In this document: positions 43,397-53,210 of the stretch, piece by piece
Numbering within the stretch: the stretch's first letter is position 1
Layout of the letters: every line of letters begins with the position of its first letter
Origin: an uncultured delta proteobacterium
GTDB taxonomy: Bacteria > Desulfobacterota > Binatia > Bin18
DNA length: 64,000 bases
Assembly (NCBI GenBank): GCA_963733195.1
Contig: CAVTCR010000062.1
Coordinates: 378,266 to 442,265 of the forward strand
Direction: 5' to 3'
Program-made: the position numbers and the translations under genes
The notes under the pieces: generated by a model
The model's database searches: none
What the model was told of the DNA's origin: nothing
Seen by the model: only the letters and a program-made list of their open reading frames with translations

Positions 43397-43472
43397 TACC
43401 CTTTACCTAATTACAAGGAGAGCGATTGCGTCTTTCTCTGGAAATTTCCCTTCAGTTCGTGTAAGGTAGCGG

Positions 43473-43925
43473 CTACGCATTCAGTCCCCTAAACATGTCA
43501 GGGTTCTGTGAAAATTGTTGTTCTGATTCTGAGTTGAAGCGATCCCACGTCGCTTTATCCCAGATGCGAAATTTCTTGAGAGATGAAGCAAACATGACAT
43601 TCTTATCGAGCCCAGCGTATTCACGAAGATGGGGGGGCAACAGGATTCTCCCTTGTTTATCTATTTGGCACTCTTGCGCATTAGCCAAATAAAATGACTC
43701 TATCTTAGAGAAAGTTTCGTCAAAACGAGGTTTATTTGTTATTAACTCCTGCTCAAAACTTTCCCATTCCGCATGTGGATAGACATCAAGGCAACGAAAG
43801 GAATTGATGATAAACCTCGTAACAATAAGGCCTTCATCTTGCACTCCGAGGGCTTTACGGAAGGTGACAGGGATACTAACCCTTCCCTTATCGTCTATAG
43901 TATGTTCGAAACAGCCACGAAACAC
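43473..43925 (-). CDS. mraZ: Transcriptional regulator MraZ
   Basis: DDKGRVSIP and DKQGRILLP motifs. Confidence 0.95.
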   Translation of the reverse strand: MFRGCFEHTIDDKGRVSIPVTFRKALGVQDEGLIVTRFIINSFRCLDVYPHAEWESFEQELITNKPRFDETFSKIESFYLANAQECQIDKQGRILLPPHLREYAGLDKNVMFASSLKKFRIWDKATWDRFNSESEQQFSQNPDMFRGLNA

Positions 43926-43940
43926 TGTTTACTACTCTTT

Positions 43941-43965
43941 CCCACTTTTTCCCACTTCTTCCCCC
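43941..43965 (-). promoter_or_regulatory. MraZ-binding direct repeats (GTGGG boxes at 10-nt period)
   Basis: Minus strand reads GGGGG-aagaa-GTGGG-aaaaa-GTGGG just upstream of mraZ. Confidence 0.75.
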
Positions 43966-44101
43966 GATAATAGTACCCTGTTTTTTTGCTGTCAAGCAAA
44001 AAATGAAGTACCGAGAATAGTTAAGGAGCAAAAAACCCACGTTGACTGAACTTCTTCGCCTCGATACATCATTTCTGTCTGTAAGAAAGGTTCCTCTTGT
44101 G

Positions 44102-44137
44102 AGGCCTGGACAGGATCATTGTCCAGGCCTTTTTTTG
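44102..44137 (+). terminator. Intrinsic terminator-like hairpin in the leader of the aminotransferase-serA-purA operon
   Basis: AGGCCTGGACA-GGATCAT-TGTCCAGGCCT followed by a T run. Confidence 0.7.
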
Positions 44138-44162
44138 ATACCACTGTTTTGGAGTTGATTTT

Positions 44163-45317
44163 ATGTTGAAACGTTACCTGCTCACCCCTGGTCCGACCAC
44201 TGTTCCCCCAGAAGTCCTCCTCCGCATGTCACAACCACTTATCCATCACCGGACCCCAGAATTTGAAGCGCTGTTTGCCCAAGTGCAAGAAAAGCTACAG
44301 TGGCTCTTTCAAACCAAACAAAATGTCCTCATCTTGGCCGCTTCGGGTACTGGCGCAATGGAAGCAGCTGTCTCGAATACTTGCTCACCTGGAGACACTG
44401 TGATTGTCGTAAATGGCGGAAAATTTGGCGAACGATGGCTCAAAATTAGCCAAGCGTTTGGCGTCAAAGTGGCGGAACTCAAAGTCGAGTGGGGAAAAGC
44501 AGTAACAGTCGATGCCGTTGCGCAAGCCTTGAAAGCCCATCCCGAAACAAGAGCCGTGCTTATTCAAGCGAGTGAGACGTCCACAACTGTTCTACATCCG
44601 GTAGAACAAATCTCTACGCTCGTCCGTAATACCAATACGTTGTTGGTCGTCGATGGCATTACGTCGGTGGGTGCTACCGACACACCAATGGATCGTTGGG
44701 GAATCGATGTTCTGGTGACAGGATCACAAAAAGCGCTGATGCTCCCACCGGGGCTCGCTTTTCTGGCCCTGAGTGACAAAGCCTGGAAACAGGTCGAGAC
44801 GACAAAACAGCCGCGCTACTACTTCGACCTCCGTCGCGAGCATAAAGAGCAACAGAAACACACCACGGCCTATACACCGGCCATTTCCTTGATCAACGGA
44901 CTGCACGAAGTGTTACGTTTAATGCAAGAGGAAGGCTTAGAGCACATCTTTGCCCGTCATTCCCTACTGGCTGCAGCCAGTCGCGCGGCAGCACAGGCAA
45001 TGGGCCTCACCCTCCTTGCTCCTGGTGCTCCGAGTCCAGCCGCAACCGGGGTGTGGTTACCGGACGGTGTCGATGGTTCGCGCTTGCTGAAATACATGCG
45101 CGATCGCATGGGCGTGGACATCGCCGGAGGGCAAGATCATCTCAAGGGAAAGATCGTACGGATCTCTCATATCGGCTATGCTGGCCCCTTTGATGTCATT
45201 ACCGCGATCAGCACTCTAGAGATGGCCTTACGTCGTTTCGGGCAGAATATCGAACTGGGCAGCGGAGTTCGTCGTGCTGAAGAGGTTTTGCTTGAAGGTT
45301 GGCCGCCGGTAGGATAA
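44163..45317 (+). CDS. Class V PLP aminotransferase (AGT/serine-pyruvate family; probable phosphoserine aminotransferase)
   Basis: LLTPGPT, SGTGAMEAA, GKFGERW, ETST, GSQKALMLPPGL; adjacent to serA. Confidence 0.9.
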   Translation: MLKRYLLTPGPTTVPPEVLLRMSQPLIHHRTPEFEALFAQVQEKLQWLFQTKQNVLILAASGTGAMEAAVSNTCSPGDTVIVVNGGKFGERWLKISQAFGVKVAELKVEWGKAVTVDAVAQALKAHPETRAVLIQASETSTTVLHPVEQISTLVRNTNTLLVVDGITSVGATDTPMDRWGIDVLVTGSQKALMLPPGLAFLALSDKAWKQVETTKQPRYYFDLRREHKEQQKHTTAYTPAISLINGLHEVLRLMQEEGLEHIFARHSLLAAASRAAAQAMGLTLLAPGAPSPAATGVWLPDGVDGSRLLKYMRDRMGVDIAGGQDHLKGKIVRISHIGYAGPFDVITAISTLEMALRRFGQNIELGSGVRRAEEVLLEGWPPVG

Positions 45318-45322
45318 CCGCC

Positions 45323-46913
45323 ATGTCACACAAAGTGCTTATTTCCGATCCACTCGCTGAACAAGGCCTTGAGCGGTTGCACGCATATACAGATCTCGAA
45401 GTCGATCTCCGTCCCAAACTGCCGGTCGAAGAACTCATCCGTATCATTCCGGCCTACCACGGGTTGATCATCCGCAGTGGCACCAAGGTCACAAAACCCG
45501 TTATCGCGGCAGCCACGAACCTTCGCGTCATCGGTCGTGCCGGCATTGGCGTGGACAATGTCGATGTCGAGACTGCAACGAAACAGGGGATTGTGGTGAT
45601 GAATACCCCTGGCGGGAACAATGTCACCACAGCTGAGCATACGATCTCACTTATGTTCGCGTTAGCCCGTAATATTCCGCAAGCGGTCTTCTCGCTCCGG
45701 AGCGGCCGTTGGGAACGTGAGAAATTCATAGGAAGTGAAATTTGCAATAAGGTTCTCGGCGTTATCGGCCTCGGCAATATCGGTGCTATTGTCGCGGATC
45801 GCGCGCTTGGGCCTCAAAATGCGTGTCCTGGCGTTTGATCCCTTTGTCTCACCGGAAACAGCTGCCAAGCTTGGGGTGGAAATCGCCACCTTGGACGAGA
45901 TTTATGCCAATGCAGATTTCATCACTGTCCACACGCCACTCACCAAGGAAACGCGCGGCCTCATTGGCACCGATGCGTTTGCCAAAATGAAAAAAGGCGT
46001 GCGCATCATCAACTGTGCCCGTGGTGGCATCGTTGATGAAACCGCCCTGGCCGAAGCGATCAAGAGCGGGAAAGTAGCTGGCGCGGCCCTCGACGTCTTT
46101 GTGGATGAACCACCACCCAACGACCATCCGTTACTCAAGCTCGACCAAGTCGTGGCCACACCTCATCTTGGCGCAGCTACTGACGAAGCGCAAATTAACG
46201 TCGCCATCGCTATTGCTGACCAAGTCGGGAATTTTTTAAGCAACGGCGTTATCCAGAACGCGGTCAATTTTCCCTCACTGACCGCCAAGCAACTGACCAT
46301 TCTACAACCCTATCTCACCATCGGTGAAAAACTCGGCAGCTTTCTTGCCCAAGTCGATCCGAGCGCGCCACACGAGGTGCAGATTGAATACAGTGGCGAC
46401 ATTGTCGAATACGATGTTGCTGCGGCAACGGCTGCGGTTCTCCGCGGCGTACTGAGCCCGGTTCGGGACTCACCGGTCAACTACGTCAACGCTCCGCTCA
46501 TTGCCCGTGAGCGTGGCATTCGTGTCCTTGAGTCGCGCAGTAACCGCCCCAGCGACTTTTTGAACTCAGTGATCGTCAAACTCACTACCGAAACAGGGAC
46601 AAACACAGTCGAAGGTGCAGTCTTCAGTAATAAAGCCGTCCGCCTCGTACGACTCAACGCGTTTCATCTTGAGGCGGTCCCCGAAGGCTACATTCTCGTT
46701 ATACACAATCACGACGTTCCCGGCGTGGTGGGTGCGATGGGAACGCTCTTGGGCAAGCATGGTATTAACATCGCCAGTTTGGAACTTGGTCGGGAAAAGA
46801 CAGGTGGCAAAGCCATTGCCCTGATCCATGTAGATGGCCAGGTTCCAGCTACCGTTCTCGCTGACTTGCAGACACTCGAGCCGATCATTTCGGCCCAGCA
46901 GATTCGTTTATAA
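45323..46913 (+). CDS. serA: D-3-phosphoglycerate dehydrogenase (one frameshift near 45812)
   Basis: GRAGIGVDN, GLGNIG, NCARGG, TPHLGA; ACT domain. Confidence 0.96.
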
Positions 46914-46926
46914 AGACGGGGGATGC

Positions 46927-48219
46927 ATGAGTACCGTAGTCGTCGTTGGGGCTCAGTGGGGAGACGAAGGCAAAGGCAAAGTTGTTGACCTCCTTGCTCG
47001 CGAAGCAGACATCATTGTGCGGTTTCAAGGGGGGAGTAACGCCGGGCACACGCTCGTCGTCGGTGGCAAGAAAACTATTGTTCGCTTAATCCCCTCCGGT
47101 GTGCTCCACAACGGTAAGGTGTGCGTGATTGGTAACGGGGTGGTGGTTGATCCAGAAACGTTGGTCGAAGAAATCGACACGCTGCAACAGCAAGGCTGTC
47201 TCACTGATCCATCACTCCTCAAGATTAGCGAGACAGCGCATCTCATCATGCCCTATCATAAGGCGATTGATGTCGCGCGGGAGCGCCTGCGTGGTGAAGG
47301 AAAGATTGGCACTACAGGACGAGGTATCGGACCGACCTACGAAGATAAAATGGCACGAGCCGGTATGCGCTTCGTCGATTTACTTGATGACGCGATCTTC
47401 AGCGAGAAACTTGCACATAATCTACAAGAAAAAAACTCTTACCTCAGAGTGATTCTCAAAGAACAAGCTCTCGATTACCAGCAGATTCTTGATAGCTATC
47501 GGCGCTTTCGTGATCGTCTGGCCCCGTACGTAACGAACACCTCACTGTACTTGCACAACGAAATCACCCGTGGACGCAAAGTCCTCTTTGAAGGTGCGCA
47601 AGGAACGATGCTTGACATCGACCACGGAACCTACCCGTATGTGACATCGTCTAATACTGTGGCTGGGGCGGTGTGCACTGGTGCAGGGATTGCACCACAA
47701 CAGATTCACGGCGTCATCGGCATTTCTAAAGCCTACACGACACGTGTGGGGAGCGGCCCGTTTCCTACTGAATTGTTCGGTTCAGAGGGGGAGACGATCC
47801 GTCGCAAAGGTGGTGAGTTTGGTACTGTTACAGGCCGACCACGTCGCTGTGGTTGGTTCGATGCGGTAGTTGCGCGCACTGCGGCTCGCCTCAATGGCGT
47901 GAACAGTTTTGCACTCACGAAGATCGACGTATTAAGCGGCTTTTCTACATTACGTGTATGTATCGCTTACGAATACAAAGGGCAGCGCTACGATGACGTG
48001 CCAGCGAGCGCCAATGTATTGGAACAACTCACACCGATATATGAAGAGTTACCAGGGTGGTCAGAGCAATTGACGGACATCCGCAGCCTCGACGCGCTGC
48101 CGACAAACACCCGTCGCTATGTCGAACGGATCGAACAGCTAGTGAACGTTCCAGTAAAGATGATCTCAGTCGGCGCGGGACGGGAAGAGACGATACTGAT
48201 CCGACCGACGTTTTTCTAA
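46927..48219 (+). CDS. purA: Adenylosuccinate synthetase
   Basis: GAQWGDEGKGK, IGTTGRGIGP, EGAQG, YPYVTSS, GRPRRCGW. Confidence 0.98.
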   Translation: MSTVVVVGAQWGDEGKGKVVDLLAREADIIVRFQGGSNAGHTLVVGGKKTIVRLIPSGVLHNGKVCVIGNGVVVDPETLVEEIDTLQQQGCLTDPSLLKISETAHLIMPYHKAIDVARERLRGEGKIGTTGRGIGPTYEDKMARAGMRFVDLLDDAIFSEKLAHNLQEKNSYLRVILKEQALDYQQILDSYRRFRDRLAPYVTNTSLYLHNEITRGRKVLFEGAQGTMLDIDHGTYPYVTSSNTVAGAVCTGAGIAPQQIHGVIGISKAYTTRVGSGPFPTELFGSEGETIRRKGGEFGTVTGRPRRCGWFDAVVARTAARLNGVNSFALTKIDVLSGFSTLRVCIAYEYKGQRYDDVPASANVLEQLTPIYEELPGWSEQLTDIRSLDALPTNTRRYVERIEQLVNVPVKMISVGAGREETILIRPTFF

Positions 48220-48250
48220 CAAGCCCACGGTTGACACCGTGAGCTAAGAA

Positions 48251-48311
48251 AATATCGCCCTTCCAGGGTTCACATGGAAAAGATTACCGATTGAACCCCG
48301 AAGGGGTGAGA
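48251..48311. repeat. Imperfect inverted repeat (REPIN-like) between convergent genes
   Basis: ATATCGCCCTTCCAGGGTTCA ... TGAACCCCGAAGGGGTGAGAT. Confidence 0.45.
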
Positions 48312-48328
48312 TAATGTAGTCCATAGCG

Positions 48329-49271
48329 TCAGCTAGGGGACTTCTTCGTCGCGAGTGACACCTGCACTTCCGAGGAGAATAACAGCACCAGCCCACCGAC
48401 CAACCCACTCCCGAGCACCAGCGCACTCCACAGCAGACCAAAGGCAAGCGCTTGACCATTACCAACACCAATGAGGGCGAGAAATGTTACGTACCCTCCC
48501 TCACGTACCCCTAAGCCGGCGAAACTCAATGGTAAAGCGCTGAGAATATGTACCAGCGGAATGAATAACATCAGGTACCAGAGCGGCACTGGAAGATTGA
48601 GAGCGTACGCGAGCAACGACCTGTAAACTCAGTTGAAGCCAGTGAAAGACATAGGAAAGGACACACGCGTAGCCTAACGTTGCCGCATTCTCCTGGTACG
48701 GCACGATCAGTTTCTCGACAATGCGTTTGATGAATCGTCGATTGGCAAACGGAAACTGCAACACATACGGCAATACCCACCATGCCAGCAGTGAAGCAAT
48801 TGCCGCTACGGTTACACTATAACAAAGTGTTGTGGGAAGAATTGTCGGGCCAAACAAGAGAAAGCCCGTAGCATTCATCCACACTAACATCACGAGTCCA
48901 CTGACCCGATCCACCGCGACAGAATACAAAGCCGAGCTAGTGTTCCCGCCATGTGATGCCAGCAAGAGTCCTCTTCCGACATCACCAACCACAGTGCTCG
49001 GGGCAAACAAATTGAGATATCCACCAACGAAGTAATAAACGACAAAAACGCGTAAAGATTGCAGGAACCCCAGGGGCCGGGCAAGCACTTGCCACTTATA
49101 GGCAGACAGCGCTTGACTTAGGAGGTAGCCAAGGAAGGCGAGGGTTAGGAGTTCCGGCGGCGCAGCCGCAAGCTGCCGCTTCAGCACCTCCAGATCAGTC
49201 GAGTAGAAGAAAAAGGCAAAGAGCCCGAGGCTGATCGCAATCTTGAGCCGGCGTGACGAGAGGAGACGCAA
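48329..49271 (-). CDS. UPF0104 / lysylphosphatidylglycerol-synthase TM-region (flippase-like) protein, one frameshift
   Basis: NLFAPSTVVGD, DRVSG, LPLSFAGLGVREG. Confidence 0.85.
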
Positions 49272-49467
49272 AGCACCGCCCTACGAATGGAGAAGAAACG
49301 GGGAGAGCACCGCACGGGTAAAAAGGGAAAAAGGGGAAATGGAGAAACGGAGAAAGAAGGAAACGGCGAATAGAGGAATGGGCGAATGGGCGAATGGGGC
49401 GAAGAAAGAATTTCTTAATTCTTCATTTTCCATTCTGCATTCTGTATTCTGCATTCTGCATTCTGAG

Positions 49468-50121
49468 CTACGCATCCACCGCCTCCCCTACCAACGCAGA
49501 GCCATTGAGATGAGTCACATCATTGACCGAATGAATCAACACCTCCCCATCAAGGGAGAATGTCACTTCACTCACACCAGTGTTGCCGATCTTGTCGATC
49601 TCGCGAAACTTACTCGTCGGCAAGTTGCGGCAGTGCAATAAAAACGCGCGGACAACTCCGCCGTGGGTAACAATCACAATCTGTTCTCCAGCATGACGTT
49701 CCACCAAGCGCCGTGCCGACTGAATGATACGACTTTGAAATTGTGCAAAAGTTTCGCCCCCCCCGCGCGGGAGATCTTCCCCCGTGCGTAACCGCTCCCA
49801 TTCCTCAGCGTGGCGTTTGATCACCTCTGCGGTCGTCAGCCCGCTCCACACGCCAATGTTCATTTCCCGCCATCCACTATCAGGGTTCGGAGGAATACGT
49901 AGAGCTTCACTCAAGATCTCTGCGGTCTCAAACGCTCGGCTCAGATCGCTGGCATAGATAGCGTGCACCTGTCGTCTGTCAGCAAGCAGCCGCTGCGCGA
50001 GGAGACGAGCTTGCGCGCGACCTGGCTCACTCAACGGAACATCTGCCTGTCCTTGCCAACGGTTTTCTTGGTTCCAGGTAGTTTCGCCGTGTCGGACTAA
50101 CAAGAAACGTACGCTCGACAT
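49468..50121 (-). CDS. Histidine phosphatase family protein (CobC/GpmB-like)
   Basis: LVRHGET, ASDLSRA.ETA, VTHGG. Confidence 0.92.
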   Translation of the reverse strand: MSSVRFLLVRHGETTWNQENRWQGQADVPLSEPGRAQARLLAQRLLADRRQVHAIYASDLSRAFETAEILSEALRIPPNPDSGWREMNIGVWSGLTTAEVIKRHAEEWERLRTGEDLPRGGGETFAQFQSRIIQSARRLVERHAGEQIVIVTHGGVVRAFLLHCRNLPTSKFREIDKIGNTGVSEVTFSLDGEVLIHSVNDVTHLNGSALVGEAVDA

Positions 50122-50278
50122 CACCTTCCCCATACGTGGCGATTCCTGCAATTATGCTCATCCAAACTAGATTCCAGCACAGAGTTTGTTAGCACGTCCA
50201 CCAGTAGATTGCCACTGTGCGTTGGCGTCTGGTTAGAGATGTGGTAGTTGAAGCATTCCTGCAAAAGGAGGGAGCGAA

Positions 50279-51166
50279 ATGAAATATGGCGCCTTCTTAC
50301 CACACATTGGCCCACTTGCTCGCGGCGATGTAATGACAAACATTCGCATGACTGCGCAAACAGCTGAGGCACTTGGCTTTGATTCGGTATGGACAGCTGA
50401 CCATATCGTCATTCCAAAACAGATCAACTCACGTTACCCCTACACTGCCAGCGGGTCCTTTCCTATGGACCCTAAAGAACCACTGCTCGAACCGCTGAGT
50501 GTGCTGAGTTTTGTTGCTGCGTGCACAACCAAGATACGGCTTGGCACAGCGGTCTTGGTCCTCCCTCATCGCAACGCCGTCGTCACAGCCAAAACCGTCG
50601 CCACGCTCGATGTCCTCTCGGGTGGTCGTGTCATTCTCGGTGTTGGCGTGGGATGGATGGAAGAAGAGTTTAACGCCGTTAATGCTTCGTTTGCGCATCG
50701 AGGGCCGGTAAGCGATGAAGCTGTAGCGGTGATGAAGGAGTTATGGACAAGCGAACATCCGAGTTTTTCCGGGAAGTTTCATCGCTTTCCTGAGGTCGCC
50801 TGTGAACCGCGTCCGCTGCAGAAGCCACACCCACCAATTTGGATCGGTGGTCACACCGGCCCGGCATTACGACGTATTGTCGAATACGGCGACGGCTGGG
50901 CAGCGGTGGTATTCAGTCCACAAGAGTTTGCGGAACGCCTCGATAAGCTGAAAGAGAAAGCAGCCAAAGCCGGACGGGATCTCTCGAAAGTCACTCTATG
51001 TGTTTCTCCGCGTGGCAAACGCCCAGAAGCAATGCTCGACGATATCCCCCGTTACCAGGAACTTGGCGCGACCTATCTCTATCTTGCCTTCTTTAACTTC
51101 GCTCGTAGTTATGAGGAAATGGCCAAGATGATGGAACAGTTCGCACGGGATGTAAAACTCATTTAG
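50279..51166 (+). CDS. LLM-class F420-dependent oxidoreductase
   Basis: GFDSVWTADH, ATLDVLSGGR..LGVGVGW, PPIWIGG. Confidence 0.9.
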   Translation: MKYGAFLPHIGPLARGDVMTNIRMTAQTAEALGFDSVWTADHIVIPKQINSRYPYTASGSFPMDPKEPLLEPLSVLSFVAACTTKIRLGTAVLVLPHRNAVVTAKTVATLDVLSGGRVILGVGVGWMEEEFNAVNASFAHRGPVSDEAVAVMKELWTSEHPSFSGKFHRFPEVACEPRPLQKPHPPIWIGGHTGPALRRIVEYGDGWAAVVFSPQEFAERLDKLKEKAAKAGRDLSKVTLCVSPRGKRPEAMLDDIPRYQELGATYLYLAFFNFARSYEEMAKMMEQFARDVKLI

Positions 51167-51204
51167 TCTAAATCAGGCTACAAGGAATTGACACAACGGG
51201 TATA

Positions 51205-51337
51205 TCACCCTGAGCCCCCTTCGACAGGCTCACCTGTGCCTGCGGCACTGGCGCAGGCAGGGCAGGCTTCGACTGGACTCAGGATAAACTCCGCGAAGGG
51301 GCTCTCTGAGAGATTCTTCGCGTTGCTCAGAATGACA
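51205..51337. repeat. REP-like palindromic composite
   Basis: CCTTCGACAGGCTCA...CTCAGGATAAACTCCGCGAAGG...GAGATTCTTCG..CTCAGAATGACA; homologous to 1591-1685. Confidence 0.7.
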
Positions 51338-51399
51338 ATGCTGGCTAGTCACATTATAAAGTGGTCCAACGTCCTACATTTCGATTAAGGAGGTCCACC

Positions 51400-52266
51400 A
51401 TGCAAAAGATCACGAAAGAACATATCGTCCGCACGTTCGACGCCAACCATCCCCCGGCGGCACGCGTACGACCTGGCGAAGTGTTCGTCATGGAAACAAA
51501 CGACCGTTTTCGTGACTGGAACGACGGCAAAGCCTGGCCGATGGAGCAATTGACAGTGATGACCGGTCCGGTATTCGTCGAAGAGGCAAAACCAGGGCAA
51601 GTCCTCGCTATCGACATCTTGGACATTCGTCCGACACAAGGATTTGGCTATGTAATCGCCATTCCTGGCTACGGTCTGTTCAAAGATCAAGTCGAGTTTC
51701 GCAAAAAAATCGTTCCAATTGAAGGAAACCAGATTCGTTACAACGACCAGGTTTCGCTTCCGTTTCTGCCCAATGTGAGCAAGATTGGGCTTGCACCTGG
51801 GCAAGGGTCCCACCCTAGCAGCGCTGTCGGTGCCTTTGGTGGTCAGTTGAGTAATGGTCAACTTGGGCCAGGTTCCACGGTGTACTTACCTGTCTTCGTT
51901 GAAGGCGGATTACTCACGATCGAAGATGTCCACGCCAAGATGGGAGACGGAGAAGTCGCTGCTTCAGCAGTCGAAATCGCGGCAGATGTAACGTTGCGCT
52001 GCCGGATTGCCAATGAGCTGCCGTTGTCTCATCCCGTTGTGATCACCCAAAAGGAATTCATCACTATGGGTGATGGCGACACTGTAGAAGCAGCAGCCGG
52101 CGCTGCGCTCGATCGACTCGCGCATATCATGATGGACCGCATGCACATCGACATCACTGAAGCAGCCATGCTCGTTAGCATCGCCGCCGATGTACGTATT
52201 TCGGAGATGGGCAGTCCGCACCGTTATGCTCGTGCGGCAGTTGCACGGGAATTGGTAGGATTGTGA
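51400..52266 (+). CDS. Acetamidase/formamidase family protein (divergent)
   Basis: TGPVFVEEAKPG, FGGQL, GSTVYLPVFVEGGLL..DVHAKMGDGEV...AVE. Confidence 0.85.
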   Translation: MQKITKEHIVRTFDANHPPAARVRPGEVFVMETNDRFRDWNDGKAWPMEQLTVMTGPVFVEEAKPGQVLAIDILDIRPTQGFGYVIAIPGYGLFKDQVEFRKKIVPIEGNQIRYNDQVSLPFLPNVSKIGLAPGQGSHPSSAVGAFGGQLSNGQLGPGSTVYLPVFVEGGLLTIEDVHAKMGDGEVAASAVEIAADVTLRCRIANELPLSHPVVITQKEFITMGDGDTVEAAAGAALDRLAHIMMDRMHIDITEAAMLVSIAADVRISEMGSPHRYARAAVARELVGL

Positions 52267-52267
52267 G

Positions 52268-52771
52268 ATGGTCAAAGAAAAACAACGAGGGGTGGATTAC
52301 AGGCCATGCGTAGGGGCACGGCGGCGCCGTGCCCCTACCGTTCTCCTTTTCTTTTTCCTCCCTCTTTTCGCCTGCACTTCGTCTCCCCAAGAAACGAGCA
52401 AAGCTCTTGTCAAAATCAGCAACGTCACCCTCTCTCGCCTGGACGAACGTACGCTGCGAGTCACCCTCAATTACGACCTCGAGGCAGGCGTGAAGTTACC
52501 TCTCCCCTACAAAAGCGTACTGGTTTTTCCGCTCGAGCCGCGCGGAAAACTCGCTGGTCAAGTTCCTGAGATTGAGTTTTCTAATGGATTGATCGCACTC
52601 GACCTGGAGGTCCCTCCTGATACTGGCTTTGATTGGAAGGAGCTTGAAGCCAAAGACGCGTGTTGTGTGGTGTCATTGAAGGGAGCGAAAGACGTACTCG
52701 GTTCCAACGTTCCTGCGTACGAACGCATCAGTAATAGCGTGACTATCGCTCTGCCTCAATTTGCTGGTTGA
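52268..52771 (+). CDS. Hypothetical lipoprotein
   Basis: Hydrophobic stretch plus lipobox LFAC; no recognised family. Confidence 0.6.
   Translation: MVKEKQRGVDYRPCVGARRRRAPTVLLFFFLPLFACTSSPQETSKALVKISNVTLSRLDERTLRVTLNYDLEAGVKLPLPYKSVLVFPLEPRGKLAGQVPEIEFSNGLIALDLEVPPDTGFDWKELEAKDACCVVSLKGAKDVLGSNVPAYERISNSVTIALPQFAG
52310..52338. repeat. GTAG-type REP palindrome inside ORF 52268
   Basis: GTAGGGGCACGGCG-G-CGCCGTGCCCCTAC perfect palindrome. Confidence 0.85.
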
Positions 52772-52821
52772 AATTTCACATCGGCTGGCTTAGTTTCCTG
52801 CCAAGAGCAGGAGGGAGGACT

Positions 52822-53154
52822 ATGTACTACTGTCGCGTACTGGAAGGGACAGCCAAACCAGGTCAGCTTGAGGCTGCACTACAGCTTGCCCAAGAACGGC
52901 TGGAAATCATTAAGAAAGTATCCGGGTTCCTCTTTATCCAGATTATGGACACTGGTGATGAGTTCATTGCCGTCAGTTCCTGGCGCAATAGCAAAGATCT
53001 ACAAGCGTATGCAGAGAGTGATTTAGCTCGTAACCTTCTCAAAGATCTTACTCCCCTATGCATTGCGCCACCCCGTGTACGGACATATGAACTACGACTG
53101 ATGGTAGAAAATGAAGAGGGGTTCTTCCCGAACGATGAAGGTGGAGAAGGATAA
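52822..53154 (+). CDS. Antibiotic biosynthesis monooxygenase (ABM)-like protein
   Basis: KPGQLE..., SGFL, VSSW..; GGAGG RBS. Confidence 0.7.
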   Translation: MYYCRVLEGTAKPGQLEAALQLAQERLEIIKKVSGFLFIQIMDTGDEFIAVSSWRNSKDLQAYAESDLARNLLKDLTPLCIAPPRVRTYELRLMVENEEGFFPNDEGGEG

Positions 53155-53210
53155 TCGCAAATAAGAGGGTCGTTTCTCAACTGCTAAACCCAAGGAAGGC
53201 AGGGACGAAT

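Noticed and set aside
49468-50121. Histidine phosphatase as the metal-independent phosphoserine phosphatase completing the serA pathway
   Set aside because: The position of the diagnostic His in Hydrogenobacter iPSP (recalled as EIDHG) reads EMNIG here, and the gene is on the opposite strand from serA.
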